Positions 26,700 through 36,121 are shown, counted from the stretch's first letter. The stretch is DNA of 59,945 nt from Patescibacteria group bacterium (GCA_038062135.1 JBBTXT010000007.1:1-59945), one strand, 5' to 3'. The notes: generated by a model not told the origin, from the sequence alone. Program-made: numbers and translations.

Positions 26700-28433
26700 C
26701 TAGAGTTGCTTTGTTTTAATTTCTTTTTCTAATTGAGAAATAAAGTCACCGAGTTTTTGAACGCCGAGATCACCCTTTCCGCGCTGGCGGACTGCCACGC
26801 CTTCGGCTGCGGCTTCTTTTTCGCCGACAACTAATAAGTAGGGGATCTTTTGCATTTCAGCATTGCGGATTTTTTTGCCGATGGATTCGTTTTGGTCATG
26901 AAGCTCAACGCGAATTCCCAGGTTGGATAGTTGTTTCAAAACATTACCCGCATATTCGTTTACCTTGTCTGAAACTGGGAGAATAGCGACTTGCACCGGC
27001 GCCAACCAAACTGGAAATGCTCCAGCAAAGTGTTCAATAGCAACCGAGAGGAATCGTTCAATTGATCCCATGATTGCACAGTGAATCATGACGATTCTTT
27101 CTTTTTCTCCCTTTTCGTTTACGCACGTCAGATCAAACCGTTCAGGCAGGTTCATATCTAACTGTATGGTTGCGATCTGATGAAGTCTTCCAATCGCGTC
27201 TTTGCCCAAGAAATCAATTTTGGGGCCGTATAAAGCCGCTTCACCGACAGCTTCAGTTGCCTTAACCCCACGCTCTTTAACCAGTTCTCTTAGCTTATCT
27301 TCGGCATTTTTCCAGAGTTCAGGCGTACCAAGGTACTTTTCAAAATGTTCCGGGTCATGCAGAGACAGGCGGATGGAAAGCTCAAATCCAAAAGCACCGT
27401 AGAATTCGGAGATTATGTCCCACACCTTAAATATCTCGTCCTTCACTTGGGAGTGGCGGCAAAATACATGAGCATCATCTTGGGTGATTGCTCTTACGCG
27501 AGAAAGCCCGGCGAGTTCGCCTGATTGTTCGTCGCGATAGACTTTGGTGGTTGAAGCGTAGCGCTGGGGGAGTTCGCGATAGCTCCACGGCCGTCGCGCA
27601 TAAATCTGCGTATGATGCGGGCAGTTCATTGGTTTCATTGCAAACACGTGTCCCTCGCGCGTAGTTATCTTGAGGAGCTCATCCTTAAACTTTTCCCAGT
27701 GTCCGCTGGTCTCATATAAATCTTTCTTGGTGATGTGAGGAATATCTACCTGTACATATCCGCGCGCTTTGCGGAGTTCCCAAACAAAAGAATCTAAGAG
27801 GTTGCGAACGAGCGTTCCTTTCGGTGTCCAAAGCGGTAGTCCGCTGCCAACGAGTTCGGAGAATACGAACAAATCCAATTCCGGCCCGAGCTTTTTGTGA
27901 TCCCGCTTCTTTGCTTCCTCAAGCATCGCCACATGGTCTTCAAGTTCTTTGGGTGTTGCGAAGGCAAGCCCGTAGATGCGGGTTAGCATTTTGTTTTTTT
28001 CGCTTCCGCGCCAGTAGGCGCCAGCAAGGTGGGTCAACTTGAATGCCTTAGGATCAATTTCTTTTGCGTTTTCAACATGGCCCCCGCGGCATAGATCGTC
28101 ATAACTGCCTGAAGTGTAAATGGTAAGCTTGTCGCCCTTCTCTGAAAACTCATCAATAAGCTCCAGCTTGTATGGGTTGTCTTTGAATATTTTTCTGGCC
28201 TCATCGGCGGAAACTTCTTTGTGTGAGAACGTGGTCCAGGTTTTCAAAATCTCGCGCATTTTTTCTTCTATCTTTGGCAAATCTTCATCTGAAATTGGCT
28301 TCGGAAGTTCAAGATCATAATAGAAACCATTTTCAATGGCCGGGCCGATGGCGCGTTTGGTGTCGGGATACAGTTCTAAAACAGCCGCGGCGAGTAGGTG
28401 GGCGAGCGAGTGGCGTAGGTGTTCAGGATTCAT
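26700..28433 (-). CDS. thrS: threonine--tRNA ligase lacking the N-terminal TGS domain
   Basis: Begins at editing-domain RHSLAHLLAAAV. Motif 2 YRDEQSGELAGLSRVRAITQDDAH. C-terminal anticodon-binding domain. ATG 28433 preferred over TTG 28457. Confidence 0.95.
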   Translation of the reverse strand: MNPEHLRHSLAHLLAAAVLELYPDTKRAIGPAIENGFYYDLELPKPISDEDLPKIEEKMREILKTWTTFSHKEVSADEARKIFKDNPYKLELIDEFSEKGDKLTIYTSGSYDDLCRGGHVENAKEIDPKAFKLTHLAGAYWRGSEKNKMLTRIYGLAFATPKELEDHVAMLEEAKKRDHKKLGPELDLFVFSELVGSGLPLWTPKGTLVRNLLDSFVWELRKARGYVQVDIPHITKKDLYETSGHWEKFKDELLKITTREGHVFAMKPMNCPHHTQIYARRPWSYRELPQRYASTTKVYRDEQSGELAGLSRVRAITQDDAHVFCRHSQVKDEIFKVWDIISEFYGAFGFELSIRLSLHDPEHFEKYLGTPELWKNAEDKLRELVKERGVKATEAVGEAALYGPKIDFLGKDAIGRLHQIATIQLDMNLPERFDLTCVNEKGEKERIVMIHCAIMGSIERFLSVAIEHFAGAFPVWLAPVQVAILPVSDKVNEYAGNVLKQLSNLGIRVELHDQNESIGKKIRNAEMQKIPYLLVVGEKEAAAEGVAVRQRGKGDLGVQKLGDFISQLEKEIKTKQL

Positions 28434-28484
28434 AAAACTAAGCCTAGCAGAAACCAAGCTTGAAATAAAGGGCGTTTTGCTGTT

Positions 28485-31400
28485 TTAGGCCGTTGCTACC
28501 ATGGATTTTACGGATTCGCAGATAATCTTCGGAGAGCCGTCTTTGTTATCAATTCTGCCCTGGATCATAACGATGCCATTCTCATTCCACACGTTAGGGT
28601 ATTTTTCAAGTATGCTCGGAAAGACCACGACTTCAATTTTTGAGCTCAAGTCTTCAACGGCGGAAAAAATCATCGGCTTTCCGTTTTTGGTAGTGATTCT
28701 CTGAACGCGGGTGATAATTCCGCCGACTCTTACAGAATTCCCAATGTTGGCGGCGGCAATTTTAATTGGCGTAATTTTGTTTAGCGCAAATGATTCTTTG
28801 TGGGCGGAAAGCGGATGGGCGGAAACATAAAGACCGAGCAGTTCCTTTTCCCATAAAAGTTTTTCGGCTGCGGTAGCTTCTGTGGGCGCGGCGGCAAGTT
28901 TAAGCGGGGGCAAAGGAGCAAGTGAATCTTCGCCAAACAAGCTTGTTTGGCCGCCGAGGGCGCTTTTTTGTTTTTCACGGGCGTGCGCGAGCAGTGTTTC
29001 CGTATTAAATAAAAGCTGATTGCGCTCGCCTAAAGCATCCAAAGCCCCTCCCTTAATAAGGCTCTCAAGAGATTTTTTATTTAAATCCTTGCTTTGCACG
29101 CGGATTACCAGGTCTTCTATATCTTTAAAATTTCCGTCCTTTTCCCGCTCGCTTATGATGCCTTCCACAACATGTTCGCCTACGTTCTTGATGGTGTGAA
29201 GGCCGAAACGGATTTCGTCGGTGGCCGGCTGTTCAGCGCCGATTGACCCTGCTTTAATGACCGAGAATCCTTTGAATGAAAAGTTTACATCCGGCGGCTC
29301 TACCGGGATTCCCATGCGTTTACACTCCGTAATTATTTCGCCGATTTTTTCGGTGTCCCCGGATTCGGCGGAAAGAACGGCGCACATATATTCGGCAGGG
29401 AAGTTCGCCTTCATGTACGCGGTCTGATAGGCGACGCGCCCATAGCAGGCGGCGTGGGCTTTGTTAAAACCGTAACCCTGGAACGGTTCGAAGAGGTTCC
29501 AAATCTCTTCGGCCTGTTCTTTGGTCATGTTGCTGTGGGTTTGGCAGCCAGCAACGAATATCTCATGCTGTTTAGCCATCTCGGCCGGAATTTTTTTGCC
29601 GACTGCCTTGCGGAATTTATCCACGGTCTCCCAGTTGTATCCGGCAAGGCTCATCGCGGTGAATAAAAGGTCGTCCTGATAAACCAGGATTCCATAAGAT
29701 TTATCTAAGAACTCTTCCACTTTGGGGTGGAAATATGTTATCGGGCTTTTGCCATGTTTTCGGGCGATGTATTCCGGGATGTTGTTCATTGGGCCCGGGC
29801 GGTAAAGCGCAACCATGGCATTAATGTCGTGGATTACGGTCGGCTTAAGATCCATGAGATGTTTGGTCATGCCAGAACCGTTAAGCTGGAACAGGCCTTC
29901 GGTTTCTCCCTTGGCGAGCATGGAGAAAGTCTTCGGATCATCAAACGGTATTTTTTCTATATCCATTTGGATGCCGCGATGTTCTTTCACCAGCCGAACC
30001 GCATCTTCCAAAATCGCCAGATTGCGAATTCCGAGAAAGTCCAGTTTTGTAAGCCCGACACCGTCTTCGCCGACGGTGTACATGTCGTACTGAGTAATCA
30101 GGCGGTCGCCCTCTTTGGGGTCAAACTGAATCGGTACATATTCAATTAGCGGTTTTGGGGCGATTACTACGCCGGCTGCGTGGACTGATACATGGCGGAC
30201 CGTGCCTTCCAGTTTTTTTGCGACGTCAAGAATCTGTTTTACCTCTCCGTCATGCTCGTACATTTTCTTAAGTTCCGGCTCAAGCTCCATCGCGTGGTCA
30301 ATGGTCATCGGGAATCCTTGGGAACCCATTTGAATAAGTTTTGCGATTCTATCCCCCAATTCATAAGATTTGCCGAGTGCGCGGGCAACATCCCTGACCG
30401 CCCCGCGGGCCATCATGGTTCCAAAGGTTCCGATTTGGGCGACTTTGTCCTCACCGTATTTCTTTTTGGCATAGGCTATGACTTCTTCTCGGCGATTGTC
30501 GGCAAAATCCATGTCTATATCGGGTGCCGATGGGCGGAAGGGATTTAAAAAGCGTTCAAAAGGAAGCTGAAACTCAAGCGGATCAACATTTGTAATGCCT
30601 GACAGGTAGGCGACCAATGAACCGGCAGCCGATCCGCGTACGGTGGTATAAATGTGGGATTCCTTAGCGAACTTTAAAAGATCGGCGACAACTAAAAAAT
30701 AAGGAGCGTAATTTTTCTGCTTGATAATGTCCAACTCATACTGGCGGCGCTGTTCCGATTCCGGATTGTCCACCAGGCCTTTTTCCTTGGCGCCTTGCAG
30801 GGTAAGTTCGTCTAGCATCTGATCGGCGGTCTTGCCTGGTTCCAGGGCAAAATCTGGGAAAATAAACTTGCCCAACGTTAGGTCAACATTGCATTGCTCC
30901 GCAATTTTCTCGGTGTTGGCAACTGCTTCCGGAATATCCTTAAACATTTCCAGAGCTTCCTCCGTAGAAATAAAGTGATAGTGTCCGTCGCCGGAAAAGA
31001 TTCCGGTATCCGTCACGTCGGTGTTGGTGGAAATGGCGACCAGGGTTTTATGCGCAAATGCGTCTTCCGTGTGCAGATAGTGGGAGTCCTGCGTGCCGAC
31101 CAACGGGATGTCAAACTTTTTTGCGAGGCTGATCAGAGCTCCGCGCCACTCCTCAAAATCTTCAATTTCGGGGTGGTGCATTATCTCAATGTAATAATTT
31201 TCTTTTCCGAAAATATCCTGGTGTTCTTTGATCACCGCTTCAGCCTTCCCCATGTTGCCGGACTGTATCGTGCGTCCAAGTTCGCTTCCAAGGCATCCGG
31301 ACAAGGCGATGACGCCCTCGGAGTGTTTGCGGAGCAGTTCTTTGTCGGTGCGGGGCTTGTAGTAGTACCCTTCAAGATGGGCGGCGGTGGTTAGCTTGAT

Positions 31401-31706
31401 TAGGTTCTGGTAGCCGATGTTGTTCTTGGCGAGGAGGGTCAGGTGGTAGCGCTTGTTGTCTATGCCCGGCTCTTTGTCAAAACGCGTGCGATTGGCAACG
31501 TACGCTTCAACGCCGATAATCGGTTTGATGCCGGCCTTAACGCAGGCCATATAAAACTCAATTGCGCCGTACATGGCGCCGTGGTCCGTAAGTCCGATTG
31601 CCGGCATGTCGTGTTCTTTAGCCAGCTTGACCATGTCATCAATTTGAGAGAGTCCGTCCAGGAGGGAGTAGTGCGAGTGGGTATGAAGATGGACGAAGTG
31701 TGACAT
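28485..31706 (-). CDS. dnaE: DNA polymerase III alpha subunit
   Basis: PHP start MSHFVHLHTHSHYSLLDG, PDIDMDF, GLTKLDFLGIRNL, OB-fold C-terminus. ATG at 31706. Confidence 0.96.
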   Translation of the reverse strand: MSHFVHLHTHSHYSLLDGLSQIDDMVKLAKEHDMPAIGLTDHGAMYGAIEFYMACVKAGIKPIIGVEAYVANRTRFDKEPGIDNKRYHLTLLAKNNIGYQNLIKLTTAAHLEGYYYKPRTDKELLRKHSEGVIALSGCLGSELGRTIQSGNMGKAEAVIKEHQDIFGKENYYIEIMHHPEIEDFEEWRGALISLAKKFDIPLVGTQDSHYLHTEDAFAHKTLVAISTNTDVTDTGIFSGDGHYHFISTEEALEMFKDIPEAVANTEKIAEQCNVDLTLGKFIFPDFALEPGKTADQMLDELTLQGAKEKGLVDNPESEQRRQYELDIIKQKNYAPYFLVVADLLKFAKESHIYTTVRGSAAGSLVAYLSGITNVDPLEFQLPFERFLNPFRPSAPDIDMDFADNRREEVIAYAKKKYGEDKVAQIGTFGTMMARGAVRDVARALGKSYELGDRIAKLIQMGSQGFPMTIDHAMELEPELKKMYEHDGEVKQILDVAKKLEGTVRHVSVHAAGVVIAPKPLIEYVPIQFDPKEGDRLITQYDMYTVGEDGVGLTKLDFLGIRNLAILEDAVRLVKEHRGIQMDIEKIPFDDPKTFSMLAKGETEGLFQLNGSGMTKHLMDLKPTVIHDINAMVALYRPGPMNNIPEYIARKHGKSPITYFHPKVEEFLDKSYGILVYQDDLLFTAMSLAGYNWETVDKFRKAVGKKIPAEMAKQHEIFVAGCQTHSNMTKEQAEEIWNLFEPFQGYGFNKAHAACYGRVAYQTAYMKANFPAEYMCAVLSAESGDTEKIGEIITECKRMGIPVEPPDVNFSFKGFSVIKAGSIGAEQPATDEIRFGLHTIKNVGEHVVEGIISEREKDGNFKDIEDLVIRVQSKDLNKKSLESLIKGGALDALGERNQLLFNTETLLAHAREKQKSALGGQTSLFGEDSLAPLPPLKLAAAPTEATAAEKLLWEKELLGLYVSAHPLSAHKESFALNKITPIKIAAANIGNSVRVGGIITRVQRITTKNGKPMIFSAVEDLSSKIEVVVFPSILEKYPNVWNENGIVMIQGRIDNKDGSPKIICESVKSMVATA

Positions 31707-31725
31707 AAGCAATAAAGAAGCCTGT

Positions 31726-31807
31726 GCAGGTTATTTTGGAAACCTGCCATATTTATTATAAATTAATGTCCCGCCGCCTAACCCGCATGGTTTCCAAAAT
31801 AACCTGC
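31726..31807 (-). promoter_or_regulatory. hairpin-enclosed conserved core element, copy A (19 nt upstream of dnaE ATG)
   Basis: Perfect 19-bp arms GCAGGTTATTTTGGAAACC / GGTTTCCAAAATAACCTGC around the core ATGCGGGTTAGGCGGCGGGACATTAATTTATAATAAATATGGCA (minus-strand reading). Confidence 0.8.
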
Positions 31808-31826
31808 TTCGGCTAAGACAGCACGT

Positions 31827-31854
31827 ATTCTAGCACTCGTTTCAACGAGCTCAA
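31827..31854 (-). promoter_or_regulatory. candidate promoter TTGAGC-N16-(TGc)TAGAAT upstream of element A / dnaE
   Basis: Reverse complement of 31849-31854 is TTGAGC and of 31827-31832 is TAGAAT. It would place element A inside the dnaE 5' UTR. Confidence 0.4.
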
Positions 31855-31956
31855 TGTTGACAAGAAGTATTCTGATGTTGAAGGTCCTCGGGAGTTGCGC
31901 GCGGTCTATTTTTCTGGTAAGCTATTTCCCAGTCTGTTTAACCTAATAAACGAAAC

Positions 31957-32181
31957 ATGGCAGTACCAAGACACCACATGGCGAAGGGCAAGCAGGGTCG
32001 CCGCCGATCACATTTAGCGCTGAAAGCGTCCAAGCTTAGCGTCTGCACGCATTGCAAAAAGCCGATTAGTTCTCACACCGTCTGCAAATTTTGTGGCTAC
32101 TATAAAGGTCGCCAGGTTATAGACGTTCTCGGTAAGGCGATGAAGAAGCAAGAAAAGCGCAAACAGCGCCAACAGTCTTAG
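31957..32181 (+). CDS. rpmF: 50S ribosomal protein L32 (with basic C-terminal tail)
   Basis: MAVPRHHMAKGKQGRRRSH; Zn ribbon CTHCKK...CKFCG. Confidence 0.93.
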   Translation: MAVPRHHMAKGKQGRRRSHLALKASKLSVCTHCKKPISSHTVCKFCGYYKGRQVIDVLGKAMKKQEKRKQRQQS

Positions 32182-32196
32182 TTTAGATTACCAACC

Positions 32197-32724
32197 GTGG
32201 CCTCACGACATCTTTCCCGATCCGTTGCCATGCAGTCCCTCTACGAATGGGATTTCAAAGGCCGCAAGCCTGAAATATTAGACGCGATTATTGAGCGCAA
32301 TATTTCGGAATTCGGCGTGGGCCTTGAAGAGACTGATTTTATCCGAAATCTTATTCACGGCGTGATAGAGCACCTGGACAACCTGGACCAGATTATTGAG
32401 AAAGCCGCCCCGCAGTGGCCGCTGGATCAGATCGCCATTGTGGATCGCAACATTTTGCGCCTTGGGTTGTTTGAACTTTTATTCGGTAAGCGCGAGGAAG
32501 TTCCGCCAAAAGTTGCGATTAATGAAGCGATTGAATTGGCCAAATCATTCGGAGGCGAATCTTCGGGTAGGTTCATTAACGGAGTTTTAGGGACGGTCTA
32601 CCGCGAGATAGGCGAGCCGGGCAAGGACGATGCGCCCAAGACTGACAAACCCGTCTCGCCGATGGCGAGCCGAGGCGGAGAAGAAAAGCCGAAAGAGGAG
32701 CCGCAACCGGCTTCAGAAGCATAA
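32197..32724 (+). CDS. nusB: transcription antitermination factor NusB with low-complexity C-terminal extension
   Basis: [43 protein letters not shown] start. Confidence 0.9.
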   Translation: MASRHLSRSVAMQSLYEWDFKGRKPEILDAIIERNISEFGVGLEETDFIRNLIHGVIEHLDNLDQIIEKAAPQWPLDQIAIVDRNILRLGLFELLFGKREEVPPKVAINEAIELAKSFGGESSGRFINGVLGTVYREIGEPGKDDAPKTDKPVSPMASRGGEEKPKEEPQPASEA

Positions 32725-32799
32725 CCGCATTCCGACTCTCATTTCTGCATTGTCCGCACATCGCGGAGAATGAGGAACTGAAAACCGGAGTTCCATACC

Positions 32800-33495
32800 A
32801 TGCCAGCAAAACCAGCGCCAGAGCTAGAAAGTTTAATTGCTTATCCGTTCAAGGATAAGAACCTCCTTCGCCAAGCATTAACCCATCGTTCATACATCAA
32901 CGAAAACCCTTCCTGGGACGTTGATCACAATGAACGGCTGGAGTTTTTGGGCGACGCCGTGCTTGAACTCGTCGTGACCGAGTATTTGTACCGCAACTAT
33001 CCGAATCCGGAAGGCGAGATGACCAACTGGCGCGCCGCGCTCGTAAACGCAACTATTCTCGCGGGTATTTCCAATGAGTTTAAACTCAATGATTACCTTA
33101 TGCTTTCGCGCGGGGAATCAAAAGATACCGGCCGCGCCCGCCATTACATCTTAGCCAACGCGATGGAGGCGCTTATCGGCGCAATCTATTTGGACGGGGG
33201 ATACGAACCCGCCAAAGTATTCATTGATAAGTTTATCATCACAAAACTTCCCGAGATTATTAAAGACGGAACTTACCGCGACTCAAAAAGCATGTTCCAG
33301 GAGGAATCGCAGGATCGTATGGGCATTACGCCGACCTATGATGTTTTGGAAGAATGGGGACCGGATCATGCTCGCAATTTCCGCGTCGGGGTGTTCCTTG
33401 GTTCTGAAATGATCGCTTCCGGCGAGGGTCCCTCAAAACAAGAAGCCCAACAGCAAGCCGCTCAAGAAGCACTCAAGAAGAAAGGATGGGAGTAG
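32800..33495 (+). CDS. rnc: ribonuclease III
   Basis: Signature NERLEFLGDAVLEL and a C-terminal dsRBD (PSKQEAQQQAAQEAL). Confidence 0.95.
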   Translation: MPAKPAPELESLIAYPFKDKNLLRQALTHRSYINENPSWDVDHNERLEFLGDAVLELVVTEYLYRNYPNPEGEMTNWRAALVNATILAGISNEFKLNDYLMLSRGESKDTGRARHYILANAMEALIGAIYLDGGYEPAKVFIDKFIITKLPEIIKDGTYRDSKSMFQEESQDRMGITPTYDVLEEWGPDHARNFRVGVFLGSEMIASGEGPSKQEAQQQAAQEALKKKGWE

Positions 33496-33547
33496 CCCGC
33501 CAAGTTTACTTGCCAAAATGGGGCTATTCTGATAGGATATTCAGGCT

Positions 33548-33916
33548 ATGTTGAAGATAAGACTCCAAAGGATCGGCAAGCGTGGACAGGCTCATTTCCG
33601 CGTTGTCATCCAAGAACACACCGAAAAAGCCAAGGGTAAATCCTTGGAGCTTTTGGGCTCATACAACCCACACCAGAAAGTCCTCAATGTTCAAAAAGAA
33701 CGCATTGAATACTGGATGTCCAAGGGTGCGCAGATTTCTCCAACCGTAAACAACCTGATGGTTAACTATAAAGTCTGGGATCGTCCGAAGATGATAAGCT
33801 GGAAGCCAAAGAAGAAAGAAGGCGGCGCTCCAACTGAAGCCGCAGCTCCGGCGCCTGCCGCCGAGCAGGCATCTGGCGAGGCACAGCCGGAAGCACAAGC
33901 TGCGCCGGCCCAATAA
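33548..33916 (+). CDS. rpsP: 30S ribosomal protein S16 with Ala/Pro/Glu-rich tail
   Basis: MLKIRLQRIGKRGQAHFRVV..., SYNPHQK. Confidence 0.93.
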   Translation: MLKIRLQRIGKRGQAHFRVVIQEHTEKAKGKSLELLGSYNPHQKVLNVQKERIEYWMSKGAQISPTVNNLMVNYKVWDRPKMISWKPKKKEGGAPTEAAAPAPAAEQASGEAQPEAQAAPAQ

Positions 33917-33929
33917 ATCTGATACTCAA

Positions 33930-33955
33930 AAAGGGGCCGCAAGGCCTCTTTTGAT
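33930..33955 (+). terminator. rho-independent terminator AAAAGGGGCC-GCAA-GGCCTCTTTT
   Basis: Seen directly after rpsP. Confidence 0.75.
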
Positions 33956-33963
33956 TGATGAGG

Positions 33964-34055
33964 GTCGGAGCTGTCTCATGCAAGACCGTGCGGGTAGGCA
34001 GTGGGTTCATTTGTTTATAATAAAAAATGGCGGGGCTTGCATGGGACAGTCCGAC
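33964..34055 (+). promoter_or_regulatory. hairpin-enclosed conserved core element, copy C (9 nt upstream of glyA ATG)
   Basis: Arms GTCGGAGCTGTCTCATGCAAGACC / GGCTTGCATGGGACAGTCCGAC (22 bp, two 1-nt bulges, one G:U). Core GTGCGGGTAGGCAGTGGGTTCATTTGTTTATAATAAAAAATGGCGG. Confidence 0.8.
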
Positions 34056-34064
34056 TAATAAGAC

Positions 34065-35288
34065 ATGAAATATCCTGCGCTTAAAAAAAATAATCCAAAA
34101 CTATTCAAACTCTTGGCAAAAGAGCAAAAGCGCCGTGCGGAGGTTATTAATTTAATTCCGTCGGAGAATTTTGTTTCGGAGGCTGTTTTGGAAGCTCTGG
34201 CCACGCCGTTTACCGATAAATACGCGGAAGGTAAACCGCACATGCGTTATTATTTTGGAAATTTGGTGGTAGACGAAATGGAGGACCACGCCAAAGAACT
34301 CGCGCTTAAGATTTTTAGGCTTTCTCTAAAGAAGTGGGGTGTGAATGTTCAGCCGTATGCCGGAAGCATTGCGAACCTAGCGGTGTACGCCGGGCTGACA
34401 AAAACGGGAGATAAAATCCTTGGTATGTCTTTGGACCATGGCGGCCACCTCACGCACGGCCACAAAGCGAGCATGACGGGGCAATGGTGGAATTTTGAAC
34501 ACTATGGTGTTGGAAAAGATGGCAGGATTGATTATGCCGAAGTCGCTAGGTTGGCAAAAAAGCACAAACCGAAGATTATTGTTTGCGGCGGATCGGCGTA
34601 TTCCCGCACGATAGATTTTAAAAAGTTTTCAAAGGTTGCAAAAAGCATCGGAGCATGGCTTGTCGCGGATGTTTCTCACATCGCTGGACTTATCGCCGGC
34701 GGGGCGCACCCATCACCGTTTCCATTTGCAGATATTGTAACTACTACGACCCATAAAACCCTCCGCGGCCCTCGCGCGGCCGTGATCTATGCGCGCCAGG
34801 AACTTATGCCGGCGATAGACAAGGCGGTATTCCCGGGCCTACAAGGTGGTCCGCATGAAAACACCATCTTTTCTCTGGCGGTTGCCCTGGAAGAAGTGCT
34901 AAAACCAAAGTTTAAGTCCTATATTCGGCAGGTGATTAAAAACTCAAAGGCTTTGGCTAAAGCGCTTGTCGCTGAAGGATTTAAGATTGTTTCGGGCGGG
35001 ACGGACAACCATCTCATGCTTGTAGACTTGTCTCCGCTGGGCATTTCAGGAAAAGAAGCGGGGGAGATTCTTGAAAGCGTTGGAATTATTGTGAATAAAA
35101 ACGCCATTCCTTTTGATGTAAGAAAACCATGGGATCCATCGGGCATCCGCGTGGGCACACCCGCAGTTACCACGCAGGGAATGAAAGAATCAGACATGAA
35201 AAAGATTGCAAAGCTTATTGCTGGTATACTAAAGAAGAATATCTCTCTTTCTGTTTCGCGAAAAGAAGTTTCCGCGCTTTTACACTAA
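34065..35288 (+). CDS. glyA: serine hydroxymethyltransferase
   Basis: LIPSENFVSEAVLEA, GSIANLAVY, PLP-lysine block TTTTHKTLRGPR. Confidence 0.96.
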   Translation: MKYPALKKNNPKLFKLLAKEQKRRAEVINLIPSENFVSEAVLEALATPFTDKYAEGKPHMRYYFGNLVVDEMEDHAKELALKIFRLSLKKWGVNVQPYAGSIANLAVYAGLTKTGDKILGMSLDHGGHLTHGHKASMTGQWWNFEHYGVGKDGRIDYAEVARLAKKHKPKIIVCGGSAYSRTIDFKKFSKVAKSIGAWLVADVSHIAGLIAGGAHPSPFPFADIVTTTTHKTLRGPRAAVIYARQELMPAIDKAVFPGLQGGPHENTIFSLAVALEEVLKPKFKSYIRQVIKNSKALAKALVAEGFKIVSGGTDNHLMLVDLSPLGISGKEAGEILESVGIIVNKNAIPFDVRKPWDPSGIRVGTPAVTTQGMKESDMKKIAKLIAGILKKNISLSVSRKEVSALLH

Positions 35289-35299
35289 CGCACACCGGC

Positions 35300-36121
35300 A
35301 TGAATATTGACGGAACAACTATCGCCAATAAAGTTCTCGGACAGGTGACCGAGGAAATTCGTAACTCCGGGAAAGAGCTTCATTTAGTTGCCGTCGTGGT
35401 TGGAGATGATCCAGGCCTTAAAAAGTTTGTGGAACTCAAGAAAAAAGCCGCCGAAAGTATCGGTATTCAATTCTCCGCCTACAAATTTGACGGCGATGCA
35501 GAAAAACAAAAGGAAGTAGTTGCTACACTTAAGTTTCTTGCTGACGACCCGTCTGTAAACGGTATTCTTATTGAACTTTCGTTGCCGCCTGGATGGGATA
35601 CTCAAAAAATCCTTGACCTGGTTCCGGATGCGAAAGATGTAGATGTCTTATCGTCCTTGGCGCAAAAAGATTTTTATAACAATACAGCGAAGATATTACC
35701 GCCCGCAGTTGGTGCTCTCAAAATGGTAATTGATGAACACAAAGTTTCTTTAAAAGGAAAAAGGGTTGCAGTATTCGGGCAGGGGATGCTTGTCGGAAAA
35801 CCGATTGCGCATTGGCTTAAACAGCAAGGTGCGACAGTAGACAGGATTGATGAAAATACCCCAAACCCTGAACGCTATTCCCTGAACGCTGATGTAATTA
35901 TTTCTGGCGTGGGCAAACCGGGGCTTATTAGGGAGGATATGGTTAAAGGCGACGCAATTCTTATTGACTACGGTTTTGGTAAAAAGGGGAGCAAGATGCT
36001 CGGCGATGTAAATTTTGAAGCTGTTTCTAAAAAGGCGAGCTTGATAACTCCGGTTCCCGGCGGCATGGGCCCGCTTGTGATTGCCGCGGTACTGCAGAAC
36101 TTGGTTGAGCTGGGCAAATAA
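35300..36121 (+). CDS. folD: bifunctional methylene-THF dehydrogenase / methenyl-THF cyclohydrolase
   Basis: MNIDGTTIANKV..., VVVGDDPGLKKFVELKKK, TPVPGGMGPL. ATG 35300 preferred over the track start 35129, which overlaps glyA. Confidence 0.93.
   Translation: MNIDGTTIANKVLGQVTEEIRNSGKELHLVAVVVGDDPGLKKFVELKKKAAESIGIQFSAYKFDGDAEKQKEVVATLKFLADDPSVNGILIELSLPPGWDTQKILDLVPDAKDVDVLSSLAQKDFYNNTAKILPPAVGALKMVIDEHKVSLKGKRVAVFGQGMLVGKPIAHWLKQQGATVDRIDENTPNPERYSLNADVIISGVGKPGLIREDMVKGDAILIDYGFGKKGSKMLGDVNFEAVSKKASLITPVPGGMGPLVIAAVLQNLVELGK

Noticed and set aside
31460-31750. 96-aa ORF 'MAGFQNN...' on the minus strand.
   Set aside because: Only its first codons (ATGGCAGG) belong to the conserved element. 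The rest is an out-of-frame read through the dnaE PHP domain.
31726-31807. MITE or Correia-like mobile element interpretation of the three hairpin elements.
   Set aside because: In MITE families the terminal inverted repeats are conserved between copies. Here the arms are copy-specific and only the interior is conserved. No target-site duplications are seen.
33964-34055. Folate, ZTP or glycine riboswitch upstream of glyA-folD.
   Set aside because: The same core occurs upstream of dnaE and a glycosyltransferase gene. I also see no match to the THF, ZTP (pfl) or glycine consensus cores as I remember them.
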